A stretch of DNA of 64,000 nt from Isurus oxyrinchus (GCA_026770705.1 JANJGN010000039.1:6138001-6202000), one strand, 5' to 3'. Numbered from the stretch's first letter, positions 12,801 through 26,500 are shown. Program-made: numbers and translations. The notes: generated by a model not told the origin, from the letters alone.

Positions 12801-14965
12801 TTTAATGAGAAGGTGGCCTCCCAATATAGTTATAGACAGGGTAGCTGCCAGTATGTTTTCTGTGCCAATGGCCTGTTAATACATTAATAATGCGAGTGGA
12901 CTTTTTTAATGTTTACAGAGCTGTGGGACTGTTACTATAGTAGTAAGTTGGGGAGACTATTGGTACGTTGAATGAGTCCAGAGCCTCTCTCTAGTACTAG
13001 AGTGATGTAACTGTCTATGTTTCACTATAGTAACAGTGTGGACAGTTAGTCAGTATTTTTATAGAGCCGTGGACCATTCACTTCGGTAGTATCGTGGAGA
13101 GAACGCCATATACTTCATAGAGCTGGAGACCTGTCACTGTCGTAATAGATTGGGGAGACTACTGGTATTTTTGCAGACCCGGGAAACTGTCAGTGTACCT
13201 ATAGATTGTATAGACTGTCAGCATGCTGGAAGAGCTGGGGCCAGTCATTGCATTATTAGAGATTGTAGACAGTCAGGGTTTTACAGAAGCAGCGTCCTGT
13301 CACTAGAGCAATTGAGCAGGCAGACTGTAAGGATATTTACGGAGCCAGGGGCCTATGACTAGATTTTGGAGCTGTCAGTATATTTACCTCTCGGCAGCCG
13401 GTCACAACAGTAATATAGTGGAGAGACTGTCAGCAGCTTTACAGACCGGGTTTTGTCACTATAGTATTAGAATGGGGTGACTGTCAGTATGTTTACAGAG
13501 GCCGGGACCTTGTCACTAATGTAAGAGAGTGGATAGTCTGTCAGCACGATTACAAAGCCAGTGGCCATTAACTATAATCCTGGACTGGGTTGGCTGTCAT
13601 TATTTTTACAGAGCTGGGTTCTGTCTGTATAGTAATAGAGTGGGTAGTCTGTCAGTATGCTGACAGAGCTCGAGGTTCTGTCATTAAAGTCATAGCGTGG
13701 GTAGACTGTCAGTATTATTACAAAGCTGGGGGCCTGTCAATATAGTAACTGAATGTGCAGGCTGTCAGCATGTTTAAAGAGCGGGGGGTTCGATCAAGTT
13801 TGTAATAGAGTGGGTGGCCTTCAGCATAATGAAAGAGGTGGAGGCCTGTCACAATAGTCACATACTGTCATAGGCTGTCAGTATGGTTATACAGTTGGTA
13901 GTTTTGTCATTATAGCAATAGAGTGGGTAGAAAGTCAGAATGTTTACAGAGCCCGGAACCTGTCACTGTAGTAACATAGTGTGGTTACTGTCTCTACGTA
14001 TGAAGGGCTGGGCACCTGTAACTATTATAATATCGTTTAGAGACTGTCGCTATGTTAACAGAGCCGGGCACCTGTTACTATAGTAATGTACTGGAGAGAC
14101 TGGCAGTTTGTTGACAGAAACGGGGCCTGTCACTAGGCTAGGACGAGTAATCTAGAGACACAATATAATTTTCTGGGGACCCGGGTTTGAATCTCCCCAT
14201 GGCGTGAGGCAAAAATCAAATTCAATAAAAATTGTCAGTAAAAAAAATAAGAGTAATTAAATTTCCTAATTATGAACATCAAACCAGTGCCAATTGTTGT
14301 AAGAACACATCTGGTTTGCTAATGCCCTTTGAAGAAGGCCCTGCTGTTATTTCCCGCTCTGCCCTACATGTGACTCCAGGCCAGGAAAAATGTTGCTGAC
14401 TCATAAATACCATCTGTAAAAGGGAAATTAGGTATGGGCAATAAATGCTGGCCCGGCTAGGGACGCCCACATCCCTTGAACGAATTTTTAAGAAAAGTAG
14501 CATAGGGGAATTGTCAAAATATTTATAGTATCTGGGATCTATCTCTCTACGAATGGATCGTTTAGACTGTCAGTAATTTACAGTGCCGGGGACTGTTGAC
14601 ATAATAATTGACTGGGTCACCTGTCAATATTTTACAATGCCATGGCTCTGTCAATGTAATAATCAAGTATGTACACTGTCAGTATTTTACAGGGCCAAGG
14701 GATTGTCAATATAATAATTGACTGGATAGACTGTCAGCAATTTACAGGGCCAGGCGTCCGTCACCACAGTAATTGAGTGGGTAGGTTGTTGTTGTTTAAT
14801 AAGGCCAGGGGACTATCATTTCAGTTATTGAATGGATAGTCTGTCAGTATTTTACAGGGCGAGGGACCTGTCACTGTAGTTTTTGAGTGGGTAGACCTCA
14901 GTTTTTTACAGGCCCAGGGGCCTGTCACTATAGCATTTGAGTCGGTAGACTGTCAGTATTTTAAT
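9830..14965. repeat. 56-bp tandem minisatellite array (~5 kb)
   Basis: Unit GACTGTCAGCATGTTGACAGAACCGGGGGTCTGTCACTATAGTAATAGAGTGCTTA. Period 56 was checked (CTGTCAGCATG at 9970 and 10026). Units are near-identical at 9950-10750 and increasingly degenerate to the right. Confidence 0.95.
14130..14497 (+). mobile_element. tRNA-derived SINE (HE1-like) inserted in the minisatellite
   Basis: CTGGGGACCCGGGTTTGAATC B-box region, CATCTGGTTTGCTAATGCCCTT core and the tail GGGCAATAAATGCTGGCCCGGCTAGGGACGCCCACATCCCTTGAACGAAT. Confidence 0.8.
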
Positions 14966-15169
14966 TTGTGAATTCCTAAGAAATGCTGAACAGGCTTTTG
15001 AATTTGAATCACCCCTCCATCGTTTTCACATGGTCCATCTATGACACTTCCCTTCCCTTCCTTGACCACTCTGTCTCAATTTCTGGTGATAGACTACCCA
15101 ACAATAAGAATTACAAGCCTACCAACTGCCAGAGCTAACTAAGGACACCCCCCCATTCTCTCAGTTACT

Positions 15170-16515
15170 TAACCTCGTCGCATCTGTTCTGATAATGCCA
15201 CTTTCAAAAACAGTTCCTCTGACATGTCCTCCTTTTTCCATAACTGAGGTTTTCGACCCATGGTGGTTGAGAGGCCCCTCAACCATGTCCGGCCCATCAC
15301 GCGCACATCCTCCCCCACAACTTCAGGGTCCCCTGAAAGCTCCCCTTGTGTTCATTTAACACCCCAGCAACCACCACATTCAAAGGATCATCCTCCCATA
15401 TTTTTGCCAACTCCAGTTTGATGCCACCACCAAACACATCTTCTCTCCACCCTACCGACCCCCTCCCACCCACCTCTCCCCCCACCTCCACACCACCCCC
15501 CTCCCCCCCGGCGGCCCTGGTCCACTTCTCCATCAGCCCCTACACCTAAACTCCCTCCCACGGCACCTTCCCATGCAACCGCAGAAGGTACAAAACCTGC
15601 ACCTTGACCTCTCATCTCCTCACCGTTCAAGGCCTCAAACAATCCAGTCAAGTGAAGCAGCATTTCCCTTGCACGTCCCTCAACTTAGTTTACTGCATTC
15701 ATTGCTCCCAATGCGCATTCCTCTACACTGGAGAGTTCGAATGCAGACTGCGTGACCAGTTTGCAGAACACATTTGGTCTGTCTGCAAGCATTACACCAA
15801 CCTCCCTGTCACTTGCCATTGAAACAATCCACCCTGTCCTCATGCCCACATGTTCGACCTTGGCCTGCTGCATTGTTCCAGTGAAGATCAACGCAAACTG
15901 GAGGAACAGCACCTCATCTTCCGACAATGCACTTTACAGCCTTCCGGACTGAATAATGAGTTCAACAATTTTAGATCATGAATTCTCTGCTCCATCCACA
16001 CCCCCTTTCCCTTTTCCCCCTCCTTTTAGTTTTTTTTTTTCAATAATTTATATAGATTTTTCTTTTCCCACCTACTTTCATTATTTTTAAGAGTATTTCC
16101 ACTCATTGCTTTATCTCTACCCTTTAGCCTATTTCGATCCCTTCCCCCCACCCCAACCCGACGAGGCTTATCTGTTCCTTGCTCGTCCTGCTTTCTACCC
16201 TTAATTAGAACATTCATTTATATACTATCACAACATTCAAGACCTCTTTGTCCTTTTGTTCTTGACATATTTTCGTTATCTCCACCTATCACTGTTCCAC
16301 TATCCAGCTCTTCTTGTCCAGCCCCACCACCCAGCCCCCTAAACCAGTTTATATTTCACATCTTTTCTATTTTTACTTAGTTCTGTTGGAGGGTAATTCG
16401 GACTCGAAACGTTAACTGTGCGCTTCTCAACAGATGCTACCAGGCTTGCTGAGTTTTTACCAGGTATTCTGTTTTTGTTTTGGATTTCCAGAATCCGCAG
16501 TTTTTAGCTTTTATT
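15170..16515 (+). mobile_element. Penelope-like retroelement (RT C-terminus, GIY-YIG endonuclease, pseudo-LTR), degraded
   Basis: Frames give LRRICSDNATF, GTFPCNRRR..TC and the GIY-YIG signature NLVYCIHCSQCAFLYTGE...RL.DQFAEH. The 3' end is homologous to 2030-2595. Confidence 0.85.
16379..16417 (+). ncRNA. Degenerate minimal hammerhead ribozyme motif
   Basis: AGTT-CTGTTGG-A-GGGTAATTCGGACTC-GAAA-CGTT-AACT. The core is mutated, while stem I and the AACGTT palindrome are retained. Confidence 0.4.
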
Positions 16516-16559
16516 TCGGCTCTGGAAATTAGTGGGCGGAGTCGGGAGTCGGGAATTTG

Positions 16560-17090
16560 GCGGTTTCAACGTGGTGACGCAGATTGAAGTGCGAAAGGAA
16601 CCCATTTAACCCGTACGTGCAAGGGGGTCAGCAGCATAGTAAATCTACCAGATGGCTGGGTAAGGGGCCTGGAGATCAGGAAATGGTACACAGAATGTGC
16701 AAGTTGTTGAAGGATTGGGGCAAATGATTAGGTGCTGGAAATAATATCCAAGGGATGAGTAAGAGTTTTTGGGAAGCTGCTGAGGGGAATAGAGGAGTCT
16801 CAGGAGATGTGGAATAAGTTCAGTGAGAGAAGGAGTTGCCGTCTGTGGGCAGGCGGGATCACGGTACGTGGAATTATACAGTTCGTTGGGAGGAGGGAGC
16901 AGAGGAGGGGAAGAATTTCTGTGTTTGGAGGCGGGGATTAGGCAGGGAGAGGTTTTTAAGGAATCAGGAGGCCGGAACAGAGGAGGGAAGGAGCTTTAGT
17001 GGCTGAGGAAAGGGTTAGAAGTGACCAAACATTTATGTGAGTGAACAATATGGTCAGGACAAGAGGAGCCATTTCACTGGGTAGGAAGGG
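16560..17090 (-). mobile_element. Old LINE (L2-like) remnant
   Basis: Purine-rich plus strand (GAGGAGGGAAGGAGC...GAGGAAAGGG), typical of the antisense strand of C/T-rich L2 ORF2. No intact motif. Confidence 0.3.
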
Positions 17091-17249
17091 AATGTCAATG
17101 CATTTGAACCGTGGTCTTTTTTTAAGTAAAGTCCTTTTTACAGGATGTGGTAATAACACATCCCGCCCCCTGTAACGCTCCCTGATTATCCCCCTCACTC
17201 TGTTTCTGTGGTTCCAATCTCTGCTGGAACTTTATTTCCACATGTCACC

Positions 17250-17520
17250 CATGCCTATTACTAAATATATTTTCCCACATGTCATATTGCAGTGAAATAT
17301 GTTCCATCTTCAGCACACAGTTCCCGATGGCAGTGATTGTTTTCGGCGTAATGAAGAGGTAAAAATACTGATAGTAGGGGAACAAAAGTAAGAATATCAA
17401 AATGAAGTGACACTCTGGATAATGGCATGCAAACACATAGGAAACCAGTGTGATTTTGTTTGTTACAACTTGAACAGTTGGCATCAGAATAATGAATATT
17501 ATGGAAAAAAATCAAAAACA
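17250..17520 (-). pseudogene. Tentative, highly decayed GPR139-like TM3-TM4 remnant
   Basis: Minus frames give SRVSLHFDILTFVPLLSV and YAE/KTITAIGNCVL, versus DCSVWFTVTFTLDRFVAI and YCSEKTAAVILGTV in the intact gene. Confidence 0.25.
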
Positions 17521-19784
17521 GTTTGATTGTACCAAAATGCCTTGGGGAAAATGCGCGCTTTGAAACAAAATTGATAATGAAGGAAGTTAAACTTAGTAAT
17601 AGATCAGGAATTGTGTTCTTAAATGGCCATGGGCATTAAGGGCTGAATGGCTACTGCTGCTTCGGTTTCTGATATCCATGTGCCTGTGATGTACTTTGCT
17701 CTGTAAACCACATGGATGCTGTATTTTTTTAAATTAATATCCTTATCCTTGGCAGTTTGACTCTGCAACTGACGCTGTCTCGTCGACATACAAATGAACC
17801 TTAATTATTTGAATATGTTGTAAGCAATTGCTGCTGGACCACTGACTATATTTGTATCTTCGAGGACAGAGGTGCAAAGGAATTGTGTGTCATGGCAAGT
17901 TTGAACAGCAGGAGAAGGGCAGGTCAAGAGGCCACCAAATAATGGAAGGGTCGCGGAGGAAAATCTGGGAGAGAAGTTTCATAACTGAGTAAAGATTCTG
18001 CGGTGAGTACAGCAGGAGATTGCAACTACAGCAATGGATCTGTGAAAGGCGGGCAGGGAACAGGGACAATGCTGCAAGGTTTTTGCTGTGTACTACAGGA
18101 CGGAATGCTTACCCCGTGGATGAGAAATCTACCAAAGCAGCTGTCATGCAGTTATACCTTTAAAAAACTCACCGGAGTGAGAGGGGTAGAGGGAGAGGGA
18201 GAGAACAAGAGATATCTAGCGAGAGAGAGAGAAGAGAGAGAGAGAGCCAGAGAGAGACTATTTCATTGTTTTCGAGCTTAAATTAACCGAATGCATCCTA
18301 ATTATCCCGGTTCACACCTGATTTAACCTTTGTTTATTTTGTCTTTAAGATATTTAAGTACTTCTTTCATTTATTCATTCATCAATTAATTTCGAAGCGT
18401 TTATTTGTCTTCCTTATTTTGCTTTCTTCCCTAACGCTGTGCGTTCTCTTCATCGTCTTCTCCTTTATTCTCATTCTGTTTATTGCATGAGATTCACCTG
18501 AATTTCTATTTCTTACTCCCCTCCCTTTATTCACCCAGGAACGTTGATTAAAAGCTATCATTCTGGTTGTATTAAAGGAACATATTAATCCAGATGCCTA
18601 TACATTGCGTATAAATATATATTTCCCACAGTTATTGGCTCTTTATATAATTAATAATCGGTTCCAGTTTATCCACAAAACCTCATTCTCATTGCCACAA
18701 TATCAGCTCCTTGCTGTCTAGTTTCATTTGGGCAGGATCTTTCCCCTTACTCTTCAACAATGTTTACCAAAAATATCTCATTGTCGTCTGATTGATGGTG
18801 CCTCTATTCCATGCTAAAGGGAATTTTCATGCCTGTTTCTGTTACTTTTCAAAGTCTGGATTTATAACCACTGCGTTGGTGTATTTCCCATCTAAGGGGG
18901 CTGCATTGCGCCTGGTAATACCCCTTAAATTACTCACTTTAAATTTGCTCCAAGATTAGTTGGACTGTAGAATGCATTTTGAATTATTTAAACTGCCTCT
19001 GTTCTTGGTCGAGCGGCTGTCTCCAACATGGAAATAGGTGTTGAAGTAGGAATCAATCACATGCCAGTTAGTTAAGAGTTGAACATAAATTTCGAACCGG
19101 ATGTAATCGCTTCAGTTACAGAGACAGGCTGTGAAAAATAAGGGTATAAAACGCTGAAGATGAATAGGGCGAAACACATTGAATGCATCTTCTCACCAGG
19201 ACATAACTATAGATGCAGCAGGAGATCATTGTGTCACCTCAGCTTGCAGCCCTTTTCGATTATTTGTATCTAATCATTTACTTATTTTCATACGCTGACA
19301 CTTTCCATGAAGCATTTCACCCCAATCATCTCCAAAAGTTGGATTAAATCATTCCTTGTTTAAAATCAATGACCGAGAAGTCTGCTGCTTTCTGTAGCAG
19401 AAAGGTCCAAAGATTCACAACGCTTTAACTGACAAAACAATGATCGAAATTTATTCATAAATGATTAAACCTTGTTCCTTATCTCCAGGGTTTAGGTTAC
19501 CCTAAGAACATGTATACACAAGGGAGCAGATGTCTATGCTTGGAAGATGAAATATAACAAAACACGATCAAGAACGGAGTTGGGTGAGATGCTGAAACAG
19601 ATCTGCGCCATAGGTTAAAAGCAAAAGGAATCTTTCCTGGAATGAAATGACAGAAAGTTATCTTGCCGGCGATGTAAAAGCGGAGGTCGTCGCGTTAAAT
19701 GTGTTCAGTGTGTTTGCTGAGCTTGTGAGGAGTTCAGTGCGACAAAATTAATCGTATGTTAGAAGATAGGCCCGGCGAAACGGG

Positions 19785-20000
19785 GACAGAGAGAGAGAGA
19801 GAGAGAGACAGAGTGGGAGAGACAGAGTGAGAGAAAGACAGAAATAATGATGCAGTGTGAGAGAGGGAGGGGGACATTGAAAGAGAGAGGGGGAGGGAGA
19901 GAGTGAAGCAGAGACAGATGGAGAGAAAGAGAGAGAGAGAGGTGGTGGGGGGTGAGGGTGTGGGGGGAGGTGGGGGATGGGTGAGGGGGGAGTTGGGGGG
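19785..20000. repeat. (GA)n and G-rich low-complexity tract
   Basis: GAGAGA runs followed by G-tracts (GGTGGGGGGTGAGGGTGTGGGGGGAGG...). Confidence 0.9.
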
Positions 20001-20849
20001 TGGTGGTAAAAGGAGCCGGGTCAATCATCTCCCAATAAAAGAGAAAGCAAGGAGTTAATCATAAAACAATAGGAAGAAAAAATGAATCAGAGGGACTATA
20101 TAAATGACAGCAAGCATCAGTCACTAAGTACAAGGGCGAAAATAACCAGGAGGACGAAATGCAGATCAAGAAGTTCGGGAAGATTTTGTAAACAGAATGG
20201 CATATGCCGCAGTAGTAATTCAGGAATGAATAAATCGAATAAATCTCACAACATCCTACAAAAATAACAAAATACTAATCAAAATGTTGAGCGTGACAAT
20301 AAAAATTAATCAGAAAGAATAAACTTAAGAGACACGGACAAAGATGTTCGATGTATCTCTTTATCTCACTCTCCCTCGCATTATATATAGCTATCTCTCT
20401 CCGTGCCTCTCTCTCTCTCTCTCCCTCTTTCTGTCTCTCTTGTCAGTCAGGATTATTACTTTATTATTATGTCCTTTCATAAAAAAGTTCACAGTGAACC
20501 AGCAAGCCGCCTAAACATATATCAGCTACGAACATCATCTTCCAGATTTTAAAAAAAATCATCTTCTCTGGACTGCCACCGTGGCATTTGGCAATTCATC
20601 AAGAGGATGTTTTACTTTTGTGTTTAACCTCTGCTGCAGATCTGGCTCTCCAGCTAACCAATCATTGGTAATTTCATATTATAACATTTCATTTGACACT
20701 AACATGTCTGCTTGCTTACATATGCAGGGTGGTTAGATAATCGATACATGAGGTGCACTAAGTGAGGAAATTTCTTCAATCAAAAGATGATGAATCTTTG
20801 AAATTCTCCACCATAGAGTGCTGCAGATGCTCAGCCATTGAACAGCTAC

Positions 20850-23350
20850 ACCCCTTTACAGCATGGCCAAACTATCACTCTGGACCTAGCTATACCACTA
20901 CATGGGCTACAGACTGACCTGAACATGTTATACAAATATGCCGCTGCTCCCACGACCCAGTAGCCCAATTAAACTGTTTACCACCAACAGAGCCCGGCCA
21001 ACTTCTGAACCGGCAATTCTACCGCTCACCACTGTCACCACCGCCCAAACTCAAGTGACTAATCTGTGCAAACAACGACTAATCAGCTGGGCCAAAATAC
21101 CCCCAGCATGTACTGAGAATCCCCTGACAAGTCCCCACTACCCACCAGAGATGTCTACATCACTGCCCTCACCCGAGTACCCCTCTGCATCACCTGACAG
21201 CTTCAAGTCCACCCCAAGTAACTAACATTGACTCGACCTTCCTACCTCCCTGAACTAATCACCACGTGCCATCTGACCAAACTGCCCAGAGACCTGACCG
21301 ACTGCACACGGTGTTGAGCAGATGACGCCCTTCTCCAATACCACTTACTCATCCTCAACCGCAGCAAACAAGGTACCGGTCTTTAACCCGTGACCGAACC
21401 TGAGAAACCCCGAGCCAATCCGAGTAAGACTCATATGCGCCCCAATTATCCATCCAATTCACATACCTCTCAAATCCGGCGCGAATACCCAACAACCTGA
21501 TTTGGTTACTCACGACCTGTGATGATTTTCTTTAGCTGACAAGATTACACTGCTGACCTGACTGGATACCACTATTACCCGCTGGGTAAGACTACCACTG
21601 CATGCTCATCTGACTACTCCGTGTCGAACTATCTTAACAATCCAACAAATCAGGCTGAGACGTTTACCCAAAATGACTATCCGCTGAATTGAATATCCTA
21701 AAATGGCAACCATTCCTCACAATTAAACAACTAACCTAAGGCTAGCCGATTGAAGCTCGTCCACCCAAACGAACCTGACATTACTGCACACTGCGAACTG
21801 AACTGGCTACACTCAAAAGCTGACCCATTTTCCCAAACCGACATGACTGCCATTGAGCACTAACTAAATTCCTGTGGCTCCAACCTGAAGACCGAAACAA
21901 TCTACTTATCGAAACAATGAAGCAACGATCCCTGACCTGAATGGACTATCCCCCAATTCGACGCAACTACTCCAATGATCGAATAGAGCTTTCCCACGGC
22001 TTGGCCTGTCTACAGCTCGAGTTGCTGAACAAACACACGGGCAAAACAAATTGCCTCCCACTTCCCCTAACCCGCGAGCTGACTAGATCTTCCACCCCAG
22101 CAGATCTAATTATCCCACGGCTGAACAGACTTTTCAACACACAAGACCCAGCTACAAAATGACTCTACCCGACTCCATCCAATTTCCCCGACTTCTTTGG
22201 ACGATAGACTCTGCACAATGCATACACCCTCCAGCTGATGAAATCTGCATCGATGTGACTCTCCCCCAAGTTCAATTTAAACAGTACCCTGATCACTCAT
22301 GAGCTATTATCAAACAGGCTTGAATATGGACATGACCCAAAGTGACTAGAGCCCCAATGAGAAAAATAACTCAGATCGAGGCACCACCACAATCCACCAA
22401 CATAACCTCCCTCTTCCCAAATACCACCTGACCCCATTCATCTCACGAAACACCCGAAGCACCTCGACCTTCCACAGTTGATCCAAATCGCTGTACCTGA
22501 CCAAATTCACCACTGTCCCCAATAACCGCTTAAAACAACCCGACCTTTTTGCAGGCCAGTTAACTACTGCCAAAAAAACCCAATAAGATTTCATTCATCC
22601 TCGCTGCATTTCTAAGCACACACAACCAATTAACCTGACCTGATTACACGATTGAAAGGTCTCAGTTAACCCCCTATTTAACAAAATATCCTATGAGGCC
22701 AGACTACTTACTGACTTGAACGGAGCTGACTAAACTTGGCCACCCAACTAACCCATTGAGTAAATGCAAAACCCAATTGCTTGACTTCCCAACAAAAAAG
22801 ACTGCTCCTCTGTCCCGGCCACACTGACAGAAAGGTCACTAATCTTGACTCGGCTCACCCATCCAAAAGCGCTAATTTCCCAAGATGCACACCCCAGTGA
22901 TTCCTACACTCGAAGCAACCAACCTTAATATAACTAGCCTGGACAGAATTTATTCATTGACCTCTCTAGCCCCGAATCTTATGAAAACAAACGTCAAATA
23001 CACACAGAGCATCCAGTGAAAGAAACACACGCGCCCTTAGATAACATCACTCATTAGCAAACCAGGCTAACACCCAAAAAGCATTGACATTGCCCTGTGA
23101 CCTTACATGAATACCACGATACCCAGCCTTGCTGGATTACCCACGAACCGATTCAAATGACCTTTCAAACTTACCAACTACCCTGCCGATCTGAATGGAA
23201 AACATCCATGAATTGAGCCGAAAGCCCGGGCGCAAGCCAATTGCACATCGGCTCGACATCCCTTACTACCTGATCCGAATATGCAGCAAACAGGCATGTG
23301 TATGGAGGACACCACCCCCACCTACTCCCCTCAATCCACTTCCCCATGTG
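20850..23350. repeat. Ancient degenerate A/C-rich tandem repeat region
   Basis: The plus strand is G-poor over about 2.5 kb, with recurrent CTGACC, ACCCGAC and GACTACCC words and no coherent ORF. Confidence 0.55.
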
Positions 23351-23509
23351 AATTGCATGGGAGAACATCAGAAGCTTGGAAACCTGCACCAATGTTTACG
23401 GAGGAGTTCAATCCTTGCACTTCATGCAGCGCCAGCAATGTTTCATCATGTAAGTAGCCCATTCCATGCTGCTCCTGGTGCTACATTGCTCCCCTTGAAC
23501 AAGGAAGAT

Positions 23510-26500
23510 TAAAAGCACAGACAATAGGATCAGCTGTAATCCTTTTGGCCCTTCGATCCTGCTGCCTCATCATATGTTCACATTTCCTCATCCAAAATAA
23601 TGCTATTGTCCAGCTCTCTCCTCATAAGGTTTGATGTCTTTAGAGTCCAGAAAACTCCTTCATAGTCTAGAAAGCTGTCCACTGTATTGCTAATATATCC
23701 AGTCCGTTGGCACCCGCAGACTTCTTTGGTCGATAAACCCTTAGATTCACCACGCTTTAGGTGGAGAACTTTCTGCTCACCTCAATCCGAAATGGCCTAT
23801 CCCATATCGTGACACAATGACACCTTGCTCCAGATCTCGCAGCTAGAGAGGACATCGTCCCTGCAACAAGTCTGTAAATTGCTGCCGAATTGTATACCTT
23901 TCAATGTGATCCCCTTTCAATCAGCTAAACTCCAGGGAATGCTGGCCTGGACGACACAATCTTTCATTATAGGACAATGCTGCCATCACATAAATCATTC
24001 GGGTAACCATTCGCTGCACTCACTCCATGGCGATATTCTCTTTCTTTGGGAAGTAGACCGAAGCACACAAATCAATGAGTGGTCTCACGAATGCCCTCCA
24101 GAGATGCAGTAAGTCATCCTTGCTCCTGCACTCAAGTCCGGCAGTAATGAAGTCCAGAATGTCATTTGCCTTCCAAACTGCTTGCTGAAATCTGTACACC
24201 AGCTTTTCCCCGTTTATCACCATTTAAATAATATTATTGTATTCAGGCTTTTTGTGACCGAATTGGAATATGTCACACTTACCCAAAAAACTGCATCTGT
24301 CATATCTTCGTCCACTCGCTCAACTTTCTTAAATTGCCTTGAAACGCCTTTAAATCATCCTCACGCCTAACATTCCCTAATGTTTTGCTGTCAGCAAATT
24401 TAGAATTATTGCATTTTATTCCTTCATCAAAATCATTGATGTGTAATGTGAACAGCTTGGACTCATTCACTGATACATCCTGTACCAGTTTCGGCAATGC
24501 CTGCCACTCCAGAAAAAAAGAACATTTATATCTATTCTCTGCTTTCGGTCTGGAAACTATTCTCAAACCATGCCAATGTATTGCCTCTGTTCAAATGTGC
24601 TTAAATTTTGCACACTAACCTCCTTTGTGGGACTTTACCAGAAACTCCGTGAAAGCCCAATTGCACCACATCAATTGTTCTCCCTGATATTTCTAACTGT
24701 TGCATCTTTTAAAAATTCCCATTAGGTTTGTAAAAAACGATTTCCCTTCCATAAACCCATGATGGTTTTGCCCAGTAATAATGATATTTTCAAATGACCT
24801 ATTAGCACAAGCTCTATAATAGACTCGAAAGTTTTCCCTTCAAGTGATGGTGGCCTGCATGTAATTTTCTGTTTTATTCTTCGCTTCTTATTTTGAACAT
24901 AGTGACGTTACATTTGCCACTTTCCAATTCCAGGGCCTGTTACAGAATCTGCAAAATTTTAGTAGATGAAAGCTAACACAATCTCTCATTTCATGGCCAT
25001 TCAGTTAGCACCCCCGAATGTAAATGATCACGTCCTGGGGATTTATCGGCTCTCAGTCCAATTGATTTTTCCAGCGCTGTATTTCTTTTATTTTTTCCCG
25101 TGCTGATTTCCTTAAAATGATAGTTCTCGCTGGTTCTTTTTGCTTTTCTGGCATCTCTGGTAAGTTACTTGTGTTTACTCCTCAAATTACGTAAATAAAA
25201 TAGTTGCTTAAATACTCTGCATTGCCCTGTTCTCAGTTATAAATTCTACATTTTCAAACTGTAACGGTCCAACATTTGTCTTCACTAATATTTTTTACAT
25301 TGTACATGCTTGTAGAAAATTTTGCACTCCACTATTATGTTTTTTGCAAGTTTACCCTCATGCTCTATGCCTTCTAAACCATCGCTTGGTAACCCTGCGA
25401 TAAATTCTAAGCAGTTCCCAAATTGCTACTTATGCTAACAATTTTAACTGACTCTTCACTGGATTTAGCACTATCCGGATATCGTTTTGTTAGCTGTTTT
25501 TGGGCTGCATTTACTGCTTTTTTTCTTATGAAGCCATGAAGGTGAATGTAATTGCAGCAATGCACAGATCCAGTCCAAAAATATAAAAATTTGCCTGAGC
25601 ACCATGTATTTTAATGAAGTTACCCAAATTATCTAAGCCAACTCACCGTCTCATATCCTCGTAGCTTACTTTGTTTGAATGTGTGACGATAGTTTCAGAT
25701 TGGACTATTATACTTTTCATCCAAATAAAAAATTCTATCTCACTTTGGTCACCATTCTCTTTAGCACATTGCACGACACGGTTATTAGCTTTCTCCTTCT
25801 CATGACACGATATCAAATCTAGGATAAACTGCTCCCTGGTTGGATCCCCGACGTAATGGTCCAATTAAAAAAAAGCTTTTCGCACACACTCGACAATTCA
25901 TTCGCCAGAATGTCATTGCTGATTGAGTTTGTCCATCAAACATCCATGATTTCTGCAGCATGTGAGTTACATGCATCTCTACGTTTCAGGTTAACGCCTT
26001 TCCTTGCCTTATTGCTACATTTTGGCGCCTTTAGACAAATCAGCAAACTGTTCTGCACCTTGTCCCTTTTTCGCTACAGCAAGACTAAATCTGCATCTAG
26101 ATATTTTGAGCCAATATCAGTTCTCACAGTTGTACTCATTTCATTCTTATCTTGTAGCCCCGCCTCACCTCTGCTTCTTATTTCCCTGCCCGCCCGAAAC
26201 ATGGAAAACCCTTGGACAATCACTTGCCAGCGTTGGAAGCCGTGCAGCCGTGTCTCAATGACCAAAATCATATTGTGCACGTTGAAACCTATTTGCGCTG
26301 TCAATTCGTCTAGCTTATTTTAATGCTCCATGCATTCAGGTGCAATGCCTTTAGAGCTGTTTATTCTAATATTTTTACAGCACCTAATTACATTTTGTCC
26401 CTATTTCCTGCAAACTCTATGTTCATTTGCTTACCACATTTCTTTTTTAGTACTCTTTCATTTGTTTCTTTGTTCCCTCTCTTGTTACCCACCGCTGATG

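Noticed and set aside
14160-14200. tRNA gene (B-box-like GGGTTTGAATC)
   Set aside because: It is the head of a SINE and forms no cloverleaf.
9830-14965. CRISPR-like array (regular palindromic repeats)
   Set aside because: The intervening sequences are themselves repeated rather than unique spacers, there are no cas genes, and the context is vertebrate.
18580-18920. Possible GPCR TM5-TM6 or exon-1 remnants
   Set aside because: Matches are within chance expectation and inconsistent in strand and order.
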